A stretch of 37,539 nucleotides of DNA from an uncultured Nitrososphaerota archaeon (lineage in GTDB: Bacteria > Bacillota > Clostridia > Oscillospirales > Ruminococcaceae): assembly GCA_934869045.1 (NCBI GenBank), contig CAKXAF010000002.1, forward strand, positions 1 through 37,539, in the 5' to 3' direction. Shown in pieces: positions 7,447 through 17,200 of the stretch (position 1 is its first letter; each line of letters opens with the position of its first letter). Both the position numbers and the translations under genes were made by a program. The notes beneath the pieces are model-generated. The model saw only the letters and a program-made list of their open reading frames with translations. It was not told where the DNA came from and ran no database searches.

Positions 7447-7828
7447 TGCTCTGCTCGACCTCCAGTCGCAAAATAGAAATCGTCAGGTTCTCCGTGGGGG
7501 TGACCTCGCACCGGAACGTGACCTGACCGTCCGTTGTAATGTTATCGGCTTTTACGCCGGTCTCGCTTGCCGCCATAAAGCAGTCTGCGTCGGCGCACAC
7601 AATGTACCAGTATTTTCCGTCAGCCAGGAGGAACTCGTCCTGCACGGTTTGAGCTCTGCCGCTCCACTTCTCGGCCGGCAGAGTGACGGTGATGCCGGCA
7701 TGCTGCGCGCTTTCCAGCAGAGGGATCATCGAGTCCAATAGTTCGTTGATGCGGATCAGGGTGTCCTGTTTCCCTCGCTCTGCCAGTGCCCGTAACTGCT
7801 CTATGGTGGTGAGTTGTTTCTCTGCCAT
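7439..7828 (-). CDS. Phage protein of unknown function, translationally coupled to the DGR target
   Basis: The track ORF is trimmed to ATG 7828 (MAEKQLTTIEQLRALAERGK...), which has AAGGAG 7 nt upstream. Length is 129 aa. Its stop overlaps the fibre gene start. Confidence 0.65.
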   Translation of the reverse strand: MAEKQLTTIEQLRALAERGKQDTLIRINELLDSMIPLLESAQHAGITVTLPAEKWSGRAQTVQDEFLLADGKYWYIVCADADCFMAASETGVKADNITTDGQVTFRCEVTPTENLTISILRLEVEQSNE

Positions 7829-7852
7829 ATGAGAGCTCCTTTCGGGAAATAT

Positions 7853-7887
7853 AAAAAGGGGGACGGGAATCTGTGCCCCCATCCCCC
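7853..7887 (-). terminator. Rho-independent terminator after the 330-aa fibre gene
   Basis: The minus strand reads GGGGGAtGGGggcacagattCCCgTCCCCC followed by TTTTT (hairpin 7858-7887, T-tract 7853-7857). Confidence 0.7.
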
Positions 7888-7900
7888 TTAACGGAGCCAT

Positions 7901-8893
7901 TTAAGGCTCCTCTTCAGTGGTGCCGAAGACCTCATCCAGCATGGATTGCACCTCGGTGTCCTCAGCCACAGCCATGCCGTCCAGCTTCTTCTTGTCCTCC
8001 TTGGACATCAGGCCGTCGGCTGCGGAAGTAGCCTTCTCATAGGTGGTGTCCTGGCCGGGGATGCCCAGCTTGGTGATATCCTCCTTGGTCACGTTGTCGC
8101 CCAGCACCACATGGCCGCTGGCGTCGCTGCCCACCTTCTTGAATCCGGCCTCCACGGCGGAGCCGGCGGGGTGGGTGTAGACCACGGTCTCCTGGCCGTT
8201 GATCTTGATGTTGCCATTGGTCTCGGACTTCTCCACCTTGGTCGCGCCCTGGGCGATGCCGGCCATGGCGGCGGTGATCTTGCCCTCGATGGCGGCCATC
8301 ACGGTGGCGTAGTCGTCCTCCTCACCGCCGATACCGGCGGTGATCTCGTTGAGCTTGGTGATGGCGGCGTTCATGGCGGAAGCGTCGTCCGGGTGTTCCT
8401 GAATCCAGGCGGCAATCTCGGCCAGGGTGTTCAGGGACTCCTGGGCGTCCTCGGGAATCAGCTGCTTGGCCAGCTCCTCATTGGCAATGGTGCGGGCACT
8501 CTTGCCGGCGTCGCTGCCGATCAAGGTGTCCACATCCGCCTTGGGGGCCTTGGCGGCCAGAACGGCAGTCAGGGCAGAGTCCAGGTCGGCCTCAGACACC
8601 TGGGCCTTGTAGGCCAGGGCAGCCAGACCCTTGACAGGCACGTCGATACCATTCACCGCCAGAGTGCCGTTGGCGGCGCCAGTGGCGATCAGGATATCGA
8701 CGACCTTGTCAACGATTTTCAGGGCGGTGCCGTTGACCTTGACGCCCTCCAGGACGTTGGCCTGGCCGCCCGCGCCTTCCAGCGTGTCCACTCGGCCGGA
8801 CAGGGTTGCCACCTTGGAGTCGACCTTATCGATCTCGCCCTTGGTGCGCTGGGCCAGCATCTTCAGCTGGTCAAGAGTAGTGTGCTTAGACAT
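7901..8893 (-). CDS. Tail fibre-like protein
   Basis: 330 aa, ATG with AAGGAGG 8 nt upstream. Motifs common in phage fibre proteins are present: NTLAEIAAWIQEHPDD and GLMSKEDKKKLDG. It ends with an acidic tag, VAEDTEVQSMLDEVFGTTEEEP. Confidence 0.7.
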   Translation of the reverse strand: MSKHTTLDQLKMLAQRTKGEIDKVDSKVATLSGRVDTLEGAGGQANVLEGVKVNGTALKIVDKVVDILIATGAANGTLAVNGIDVPVKGLAALAYKAQVSEADLDSALTAVLAAKAPKADVDTLIGSDAGKSARTIANEELAKQLIPEDAQESLNTLAEIAAWIQEHPDDASAMNAAITKLNEITAGIGGEEDDYATVMAAIEGKITAAMAGIAQGATKVEKSETNGNIKINGQETVVYTHPAGSAVEAGFKKVGSDASGHVVLGDNVTKEDITKLGIPGQDTTYEKATSAADGLMSKEDKKKLDGMAVAEDTEVQSMLDEVFGTTEEEP

Positions 8894-8920
8894 AGATATG
8901 TCCTCCTTAAATGTATTTGT

Positions 8921-9454
8921 TTACGGCTCGTCGCCGAAAACATCGTCAAGAACGTCCTCCACTTCTTCGTCGGTGGCCGTATTCCCCGGATGCTCCGGGT
9001 CGTCCGGGGGCGTCCAGTCGGATGCGAACGCATCGTCCAGGGCCGCATCCACTTCCTCGTCCGTAGCCGTGTTCTCCCGGATGACTTCCAGAATCTGAGC
9101 CCGTATGTCTGCTCCGGAATGGGAGGGCGGAACCAGCTGGGCCGCATCGACGGCATACATGATTCGGCTGGTCAGGCACCATACGGTGTCTTTTTGCTCC
9201 CCGCCCTTGACGCCGGACACGCCGATGCGAAGACTGACCCCCGCCTGCTTCAAACACTCGGCGGGGATGATGCACCGGTCGTCCGTCAGCTTCACGGACA
9301 GCTCCACGCTGCCGGCCTTGAAAATGGCCGTTTTTGTGTAGCCATCCCAGCTTTTATCAAAGAGGAACTCCACGATGTAGAGGGTTTCGGCGTTCTGCAC
9401 CAGACTCTCATCCTTGAGCATATGGGCATAGGTTTCTTTGACTGCGATTTCCAC
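8921..9454 (-). CDS. Fibre-module protein with a duplicated acidic C-terminal tag
   Basis: ORF 8921-9463. The GTG at 9463 abuts the SD, so the GTG at 9454 (9 nt after AAGGAG) is preferred. The C-terminus carries NTATDEEVDAALDDAF and NTATDEEVEDVLDDVFG. Confidence 0.6.
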   Translation of the reverse strand: MEIAVKETYAHMLKDESLVQNAETLYIVEFLFDKSWDGYTKTAIFKAGSVELSVKLTDDRCIIPAECLKQAGVSLRIGVSGVKGGEQKDTVWCLTSRIMYAVDAAQLVPPSHSGADIRAQILEVIRENTATDEEVDAALDDAFASDWTPPDDPEHPGNTATDEEVEDVLDDVFGDEP

Positions 9455-9467
9455 GGGCCGCACCTCC

Positions 9468-10775
9468 TTACTGAATAGCCCCGTTGCCGGACAGCTCGAA
9501 CCGGATAAGATGGACCGTCAGATCCATCGCCGGGTCGGTGTCGCAGGTAAACACGAGAAAGCCGGAGGCGGTGATGTCCTTCGGCTGTACGTTGCAGTCG
9601 ATGAACTCCTCCTTGCAGGCCTCCTCGGCGCTGAGAAAATACTTGTGGGTCGCCAGGGCCAAAAGCCGGCTGTCGGCAAGGGTGACGCTCCCGTCCTTCC
9701 ACCCGTTCTTGGGGATGACCAGGTCAAAGGAGATGCCCAGCACGTCCCCCGCGCCCGTTCCATTCAGACCGTTGTAGACCGAGATGTTGTACGAGGACCC
9801 GTCTGTCAGATGCACGGTGTAAACGTCTGTGCTGCCGGGGGAGTGGTCGCCCTCGGTCATCTGGATGTCGTCGATGCCCACGCCAATGGGCCCCCGCAGC
9901 TCACAGCTGATTTTTGTGTCGTAGTATGTGCCCGTTTCCGCGTCCCAGATCCACCAGGTTCCATTTTGAGGCTTGGGCGGTTTCCCACTGTACTGTTCTG
10001 CCCTGGAAGCGCTCTCCGCGGCGTTTCCGGCGCTCTCTGCGGCGGCGGTCTTGGCCTGTTCCGCGGCCAGTTTGGCATTTTCGGCGTCCTCTTTGGCCTG
10101 CGCAGCGGAGAGGGCGTCATCCTCGGCGCTCTCTTTAGCGGCTTGAGCCTCGCCGCTTGCGGCCTCCGCGGCATCCTTAGCCCCCAGCGCGACGGTTTCC
10201 GACTCCTTGGCGTTGGTCTCGCTGAGCTTGGCTGCCGCCTTTGCCTTCTCGGCGGCCTCTTTGGCGGCTTGAGCAGCCTTCGCATCTGCCGCTGCCTGGC
10301 CGCCCAGCGCTTCTACCTCATTCCTGACGTTTTTGGCCCGATCCTCAGCGGCTTTTGCCTCGGACGCGCTCAGAGCGGCGGCATTCCTGGATTCTTCCGC
10401 CTCCCGGGCCTTCTGGATCGCTGCCTCCGCCGAATCAGCCGCATTGGTCTCTGACTCCTTGGCGCGGCTTGCCGCATCGATGGCATTGTCAGAATACTGT
10501 CCCGCCTGGGTCTCAGAGGCCTTGGCCCGTTCCTCGGACGTTTGGGCGTCTTTGGCGGAGTCCTTGGCCTCCTCCGCCTTTTGAGCGGCGGTGGCCGCCT
10601 CACTCTTGGCTTTCTCGGCGGAGGCGGCGGCAGAGTCCTTGGCCGTGGCCGCAAACTCCATCGCGCTGGAGGACTCCTGGTTCATAGCGGCCAGGGCGTC
10701 GTGGATGGACCCGCGCACCTCCTCGCCATAGATAGCCTCCAGTATTTTCTTTAGATAACTGCTGATGTCGGCCAA
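9468..10775 (-). CDS. Tail fibre / baseplate-associated protein with a long Ala/Glu/Lys-rich coiled-coil-like stalk
   Basis: 435 aa with a TTG start after AAGGGGTGAG. The N-terminus LEAIYGEEVRGSIHDALAAM is a motif I associate with Gram-positive phage fibre/upper baseplate proteins. Residues ~40-265 are low complexity (AKDSAAASAEKAKSEAATAAQKAEEAKDSAKDAQ...). A globular C-terminal domain follows. Confidence 0.7.
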   Translation of the reverse strand: MADISSYLKKILEAIYGEEVRGSIHDALAAMNQESSSAMEFAATAKDSAAASAEKAKSEAATAAQKAEEAKDSAKDAQTSEERAKASETQAGQYSDNAIDAASRAKESETNAADSAEAAIQKAREAEESRNAAALSASEAKAAEDRAKNVRNEVEALGGQAAADAKAAQAAKEAAEKAKAAAKLSETNAKESETVALGAKDAAEAASGEAQAAKESAEDDALSAAQAKEDAENAKLAAEQAKTAAAESAGNAAESASRAEQYSGKPPKPQNGTWWIWDAETGTYYDTKISCELRGPIGVGIDDIQMTEGDHSPGSTDVYTVHLTDGSSYNISVYNGLNGTGAGDVLGISFDLVIPKNGWKDGSVTLADSRLLALATHKYFLSAEEACKEEFIDCNVQPKDITASGFLVFTCDTDPAMDLTVHLIRFELSGNGAIQ

Positions 10776-10791
10776 ATCAACTCACCCCTTC

Positions 10792-11163
10792 CTAATCCTC
10801 CAGCATCCAGTCGATTGCCAGAATCTCTTCCCCCGACAAATTTCCAACGGCGTCGTCATACTTCGCCATCATCAGCTCCACCTCATGCTCCATTTCATTG
10901 AACGGGGCCAGCTCGTCGCAGAACTGCTGGAAGTTGGGGGAATCCATTTTGAGCGTATAGGTCGGCGCGCCCCGCTCGTCCTTTCCCTTCTCGCCGTACT
11001 TTTCGATCAGGCTTAAGCGAATCGTGTCAAACTCCACGATGGAATTGGAGAGAAAGCGGTAATTCCGGGCCGCCACATATCCGATCTTGTCCCGCCGGGC
11101 AAGCAGGGGCTTGAGCGACTTCAGATATACGAGCACTTCTGAATTTTTCAATTTTTTCTTCAT
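10792..11163 (-). CDS. Conserved tail-module protein of unknown function
   Basis: The track ORF 10792-11568 is trimmed to ATG 11163 (MKKKLKNSEVLVYLKSLKPLL...), because its N-terminal extension overlaps the Tal gene in another frame. Length is 123 aa. Confidence 0.6.
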   Translation of the reverse strand: MKKKLKNSEVLVYLKSLKPLLARRDKIGYVAARNYRFLSNSIVEFDTIRLSLIEKYGEKGKDERGAPTYTLKMDSPNFQQFCDELAPFNEMEHEVELMMAKYDDAVGNLSGEEILAIDWMLED

Positions 11164-11170
11164 AACGGCA

Positions 11171-13438
11171 TTATTCTCCTGTTCCAAAATCCAGACCTCG
11201 GACGGTCGCGCCGCTGAAATCCACATGCCCCTCAAAGAAAACGACACCGCCGCTGCCCCGGTTGCCAATCGTGATATAGCCGCCGCAGGGGCTGTAAATG
11301 TCGATGTAGGGGGCGTCCCCCTCGTAATACTCGATGGCCAGCATGTGGAACCGGCTGTTCCCATAGGGACCGTAGAGGTTGAAGCTCCCAAAGTCGCTCC
11401 CGGCGATGATGTTGAATTCCTCGCCGTAGAACTCTCCGCCTTCAATGACCGGGGAACGGATCGTGGTCTGGTCAATATAGGTACTCTTGATGTAGCCGGG
11501 CATCTCAATGGAGTCCGCCAGCTTGTACGCCCGGTCGGCCCGGGAGTACGCGTCGTCGGCGTAGTCATAGGCCTCGTCCGCCAGATTATAGGCGTCGTTG
11601 GCCATGGAATAGGCCGGATTGGAATTGATGTTCTGGTTGCTTACCTGGGCCCAGTTGATGCTGCTCCCGGCTCCCATGGTCACGCTGCCGTTGATGGTGA
11701 CAAGACCGTTGGAGCTCACGGCGAACGTCACCGCTCCCGTGCTCTTGTTGCTCACGGTCAGGCCGTAAAGGTCCAGATAATCCGCCTTGAACTTGTCGCC
11801 CGTCAGCATGCTGTTTCCATAGGGGTCCAGAAAATCCTCCGCCTGTACCACGCCTCCGAAGGAGCCCTTGGCGGCTACCAGCGTTCCGGCAAAGGTGCCC
11901 CGCCGCGCAGTCAGATTCCCCTGCTCGTCCACGATAAAATTTCCGCCGATATTGATGGAGCCTTTCTTCATGGTCAGCGTACCCGTTTTCATATCCAGGG
12001 AAAAGTTCCCGCTGACGTCCTTGAGCACGCCTGCCCGGATCACATCGGCATTGAGCACGCCCGTATTGACGTAGTCAGCCACGATGGACCCGTCCATGGT
12101 CATGGCCAGCCCAAAGGTCTTGCCTCCATCATTGGAGTACCCCAGGCCGTTCATGTTCCACTTCCACAGCTTGTCCGCCTTGGTGTAGTCCCGCACGTTG
12201 GAGATATAGAGCGTATCCGAGCCATACTCGTCCCGGGTGATGGTGATGTAGCCCGTGGTGGCCATGTTGATGATCTCGGTGGCGTTTTCCTTGGCCTCCT
12301 TGAGAATGGAATGGGCCTTGGGAAGCCCCTCGATCTTCTCCAGCACCGCGGCGTTGGTCTGATTGTTCACGCTGGTCAGGCTGACCTGTACCGAATCCCC
12401 CATTTTGAACTGGGTGTTCTCCGGGTGATCCAATGGGATCTCCAGCTTGGTCACCGGGAACATCCGGTCCAGGCCATGAGGGCGGGAGATGACCCGGATC
12501 TCGTCCAGCAGCTTGACCGCCTCTGTGTTTACGTCCAGATAGTGCAGATCCAGCGCGCTCAGCTCTAGCTCCAGGTTGTCGAACTGGAGGTCTGCCAGAT
12601 ACTCCCTGGCCTTTTCCAGAAGCGCCTCCGGGTCGCTCACATCGTCCCAGCTGACTGTCTTGGCGATCCAGCCGTAGTGCTTCACCGCCTCGTCCGACTG
12701 GACATAGAGGCTGCCGCCGTTCACGCTCTCCACCGTCAGGTAGGCGTCCAGCGCCTCGATGGGGCTGTCATCCAGCCGGCTGCCCAGCGGGATAATGGCG
12801 GTGGCATACTCCGTGGAATCCCAGTTGCGGGTGAAGTCGATGAGATTGGACCCAAACTGGATGACCTGGCTGCAAGTGTCGGGGTACTCCTTCAGGTAAT
12901 CCAGATACCGCACCCCATCCGCCTTCCGGACCCGGAGATGGCCTCCATAGGTTTCCACCAGAGCGTTGAGCAGCTCCATCGTCTTCTCGTAATTGGTGTA
13001 GTAGGTGGGGAAGTTCTCATCCACCACCGTCACCGCGCCGATGGCAAATTGCCGGTTGGCGCCGACTTTGGAGTTGTGAACGGCAATCAGCTGCTCCAGA
13101 TACTCCCGGATCGATTTTCCGGCATACTCCGCCGGAGGCTGAACGGAATCATTGAAAAACGCCAGTTCTCCCTCGCAGTAGAGCACCCGGTTATTCCAGA
13201 AGTCCTTGCTCTCCGAGAGCGCCCGCCCCGCCCAAATCTCCTCTCCGTTTTTCTTCACGGAAATATCCGTGACCATGCGGACAATGGTGTCGTAGGCCTT
13301 GTTGGTGTAGGGGAGGGCCATCTCCAGCGACCCGGCCGCGCTGTCCTCCAGCGTCAGCTTGGGGTTGACCACCTTCATGTCATCCAGCGAGAACACATCA
13401 TTGTAGATGCACACGCCGTCCGCGTAAATGCTATACAT
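11171..13438 (-). CDS. Tail-associated tip protein (Tal / phage minor structural protein family)
   Basis: 755 aa, located immediately after Dit. The N-terminus MYSIYADGVCIYNDVFSLDDMKVVNPKLTLEDSAAGSLEMALP is typical of siphovirus Tal N-terminal domains. Confidence 0.75.
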   Translation of the reverse strand: MYSIYADGVCIYNDVFSLDDMKVVNPKLTLEDSAAGSLEMALPYTNKAYDTIVRMVTDISVKKNGEEIWAGRALSESKDFWNNRVLYCEGELAFFNDSVQPPAEYAGKSIREYLEQLIAVHNSKVGANRQFAIGAVTVVDENFPTYYTNYEKTMELLNALVETYGGHLRVRKADGVRYLDYLKEYPDTCSQVIQFGSNLIDFTRNWDSTEYATAIIPLGSRLDDSPIEALDAYLTVESVNGGSLYVQSDEAVKHYGWIAKTVSWDDVSDPEALLEKAREYLADLQFDNLELELSALDLHYLDVNTEAVKLLDEIRVISRPHGLDRMFPVTKLEIPLDHPENTQFKMGDSVQVSLTSVNNQTNAAVLEKIEGLPKAHSILKEAKENATEIINMATTGYITITRDEYGSDTLYISNVRDYTKADKLWKWNMNGLGYSNDGGKTFGLAMTMDGSIVADYVNTGVLNADVIRAGVLKDVSGNFSLDMKTGTLTMKKGSINIGGNFIVDEQGNLTARRGTFAGTLVAAKGSFGGVVQAEDFLDPYGNSMLTGDKFKADYLDLYGLTVSNKSTGAVTFAVSSNGLVTINGSVTMGAGSSINWAQVSNQNINSNPAYSMANDAYNLADEAYDYADDAYSRADRAYKLADSIEMPGYIKSTYIDQTTIRSPVIEGGEFYGEEFNIIAGSDFGSFNLYGPYGNSRFHMLAIEYYEGDAPYIDIYSPCGGYITIGNRGSGGVVFFEGHVDFSGATVRGLDFGTGE

Positions 13439-13441
13439 CCC

Positions 13442-14203
13442 TCACAGCCTCCCCACTCTGAAATCCACCGAGACCGTACCTGTGCCGGTGTCGCACCACA
13501 GCTCCAATGTGGCTCCCTGGCCGCCGAAGAACACAAACTCCGGGAACTGGACGGTGCCGTCGGTGAGCAGCTTTGTCTCATCCAGCCCCAGCGTTGGGTT
13601 GACAAACCGGATGTGTACGCCCCTCTGGTCTGAGCTGGTCACAAAGAACTGCGGACACACCGGGGCCCGCCCAAAGAGCGCGGCCTCCAGCTGGATGGTT
13701 CTCTTTTCAGCAGTCACGGCGATGTCCTTGAACAGAGCCGGCCGGATCACGCCATTTTGAAAGTTGAAGGGGTCCCACAGCCAGTCGTCCGTGGAGGACA
13801 GAACCGACCACTTGTAGGGCCCCACGTCATAGTCGATGGTGATGCGCGACCAGTCCTTTTCCGACTTCCAGGCGTTGACCACGAACCGCCCCTCGTAAAA
13901 ATACTCCGGGTCATCCTCCAAAATCGCCCGCAGCTTCTGGCCGTGCAGATAGTCCATAATGTCGGAATAGGCCATGTGCCAGGGCTTAAAGTCATTCATC
14001 ACGATAAACTCAATGGAGCCCGTCCGGTTCTGATACACCGGATACCCGGTGAGAGACTGGGATAAATCGATCACCCCGTCCCCACCGGGTATTTCCAGCG
14101 TCGTCACCTTCTGGGCCGGAGGATTGAACACGGGGCGGGAGGCGGGAACCAGCCGCCAGTCGTCCCAGGTGTTTTTATCCCCAAAGGTAACCGAATGGTA
14201 CAA
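13442..14203 (-). CDS. Distal tail protein (Dit, siphovirus tail component family)
   Basis: 253 aa, located directly after the tape measure. The N-terminus reads MYHSVTFGDKNTWDDWRLVPASRPVFNPP...LEIPGGDG. Confidence 0.75.
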   Translation of the reverse strand: MYHSVTFGDKNTWDDWRLVPASRPVFNPPAQKVTTLEIPGGDGVIDLSQSLTGYPVYQNRTGSIEFIVMNDFKPWHMAYSDIMDYLHGQKLRAILEDDPEYFYEGRFVVNAWKSEKDWSRITIDYDVGPYKWSVLSSTDDWLWDPFNFQNGVIRPALFKDIAVTAEKRTIQLEAALFGRAPVCPQFFVTSSDQRGVHIRFVNPTLGLDETKLLTDGTVQFPEFVFFGGQGATLELWCDTGTGTVSVDFRVGRL

Positions 14204-14205
14204 GC

Positions 14206-17200
14206 TTAGTTCCCCCTTCCTCTGCGCGTGACCCTCTGCCCGAGGGCGTTGTCCATGGGTCCTGCCATCTCGCCCACCAGCGTGCCGGTATCCAGGACCA
14301 CACGCATCCGTTCCATTCGCTCCGTCATTTCTGCCATTTCACTCCGAAGGGCGCGGAGCTCCTCCACAATGTCGCCGTTGTCCACGTTGACCACCGTTCC
14401 GCCGCTTCGGCCGGACTCGGCAAAGGCCAGGCTGGCCTGCCCCGCAAGGCCGATGGTCCGCTGGGGATAGAACAGGCTGTTCAGCTCGTCCGCCCCGCGC
14501 ATTACGTCGGAGAGGTCGAGGACCGGCCGGATCGTAGGCTGAGCATCCATATCCCCGCTGAGCAGCTCGGCCGTGATGGACATGGCGTTGGAAAGGCCGT
14601 CTGCGGCGTACTCCGCCACATTCGCCCCCGCAGCGTAGGACTTCTTCGCGTAGTCTGCCAGTCCCGTCACAAAGCCAAGCCCCGTAAAGTTGCCCAGCTC
14701 CCGGAAGACCCGAGAGGGAGAGTTGATTTTCAGCGTACTCTTGACCGCCTCTACGCCGGCCAGCGCCATGCTGGTCAGTTCGTCGAGGAAGGCGGATTTC
14801 GATAGGGAGACGCCCTCCGCAAGACCGGCGGGGATCTGCTGTCCCGTCTCGGTCCATCCGGCTTCCTTCAGGATCTTCGTGGCCGCCTCGGTCATTTCCC
14901 GCATCTCGGCCTCGGTGTCCTTCTTGATCAAGCCCACGTTTTCCGCGAACTCCTGCCGGAGCGACGCCAGTTGATCGGCTGTGTCCTCTTCCAACTGGGA
15001 CAATTCCTCCTGCCAAGTAATGCGGTACTCCTCCAGCTCCGCTTCCGCGTCGGCCCGCAGCTGAGCGATCTGCTCCTGGGTTTCCACGCGGAGGCCTTCC
15101 AGCTCCGAGGTGGCCTGTTCCCGGGCCTGAGCGTGCTTGACGGACCAAAGGGAGACGTACTTCTCCAGCTCGTCGTCGCTCATGGAGTTCAGCGCCCGGA
15201 TCTCTTCGATGGCGGATGGTCCCATCTCCTGGAGTTCGGAAATCAGGTCCGCGTCAACCCCCCTGGCGGAAAGCTGGCCCAGAATATCCTGCCATTCGCC
15301 GAACTCCTGTACCTGCCCCTCCAGGTTCTTCATCAGGGTATCGCTGCTGACGGCCTCCTTCTTTGTAACTTCATCGAAAAGGCCGTAGGACTGGTAGAGA
15401 CTGTTGGTGCGGGATTCCACCGCGTTCTGATACTGGTCGTTCAGCGACTGAATATCCCGTTCCAGCTGCTCATTGACAGAGCGAACCTTGTCGGCATACT
15501 CCTGCTCCAGCTGGATGCGCTTCTGGTTGGCGGACTCCTGAACGCTCTGGACGTCGGCGATATACTGCTTCTGGGCCTCATAGATCTCCTGCTCCAGTTG
15601 ATAGACCTTCAGGTCCATCTCCTCGCGCTCTTTGCTGCCCGCCGCATACCGGCTCTGAACACGCTTATAGGCGGCCAACTCGTCCGCCAGGCTCATTCGG
15701 CCGTAGTTCTTCTCCTTCTCGATCCAGTCCATGGAATTCTGATAGGACTCGTCCACAAGCTGGTTGCGAAGGGTATAGACCTCCCGGTCGATCTTCTTGC
15801 GTTCCTCGCTGCCCTCCATATACCGGGACTGCATCCGCTCATAGGCGGCCAGTTCCTCCTCGGTGCTCAGCCGGTTGTAGTATTTCTCCTCCTCGATCCA
15901 ATCGAGGGAAGCCTGATAGGTGGACGCCACCAGTTCATTTTGAAGCTGATAGACCTCCCGGTCGATCTGCTTCCGCTCCTCAGAACCGGCTTTGTACCGC
16001 TTCTGAAGGTTTTCCCATCCGACCAGCTGGTCTTTCAAACTCAGCTCGTCGTAATAGGTCTTCTCGTCCACCCAGTCCTTCCAGGCGTCGATGCCTTTGC
16101 TGCTGACGGCGATGACCTCGCCGATCATGTCGGAAGTGGCCTGGGCGGCCGGGACGATGCTATTGTCGACGCCGATGGCCAGGCCCTCACCGATGTTCTC
16201 GCCCAAATAGATGAACTCCCGGGAGGGAGAATGGCTGTCCAGGGCCTTTTTCGCCGCGTTCAGCGCGGCAAGGCCCAGACTGCGGCCCGCGGAGCTGGAG
16301 GCGCTGAACTTAGAGCGGATACCTTTGACAAAGCCCTGTCCGGCATTTTCACCGGCAGTCTCAAACTCGGGCTTCATGCTGTTGATTTGGGATACGGCCG
16401 CAGATGCCACCGTCCCCGCTGCCGTTTTTACGGCGCCGGAAGACGATAGGATCGAAACGGCGAGATTCCGCATCATGCCCTCAACTGCGGACTCAATCAC
16501 AACGACCTTTTTGTCTACAATATCCGCCATTGACTCCACAAGCGTCTCCATGGCGGAGCTTGCCACCGGGATATTCGACGTGATGGAACCGCGGACGGAG
16601 GTCAGCATACTGACCACGGCGCTGTTTACGGTGCCGCCGCAGTTGTAGAAGGCGTCGGCGAATCCGGAAATCCCGGCGTCGCCCATCTTCTTCATACTGT
16701 CGGCGAATTTGGTCAGGCCGCTGGTATTGACGCCGTTTACCCCTTCCGCCAGCTCGATCAGATCCCAGACCTGGGTGATGACGTCGGACAACTTGCCGAG
16801 GTCAATACCGGAAATCTCATTGTAGTAATCCTTCATGGAGGCGCCGAATTTGGAAATATCCGCGCCAAAGGACGCCAGCGTCTGATCCCCGCCGAACCAC
16901 TGGTCGAACAGGCTGCTGTCCGGAAGGCCGGTCGCCAGATTGGAAAGCGCGCTCGCAGCATTGGCCGAGGCCGTTACCGCTTCCGGCTTCACATCCTTGA
17001 TGGCCTCCGCATAGGCGGCCAGATCTGCGCCGAAGGCCGTGAGGTCGTCTCCAAAGGCAGCCAGATCGGTTCCTCCTGTAAAGAAGGAGAGCAGCCCGCC
17101 CGTATTGGGTAAGGTATTCGCCAGTTCCACCAGCGCCTGACCGGCGGAGGCGGAACTTTCCACGGCAGTGGGATTGATGTCGGCCACAGCGTCGCTGTAA

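Noticed and set aside
10792-11568. 258-aa version of ORF 10792-11568, and likewise the long versions of 24443-24871, 7439-7900, 28243-28581 and 37172-37414.
   Set aside because: The N-terminal extensions overlap the upstream gene in another frame, are Pro/Arg/Thr/Ser-rich, and start at non-ATG or SD-less codons. Internal ATGs with proper SDs or stop-start overlaps give compact gene junctions.
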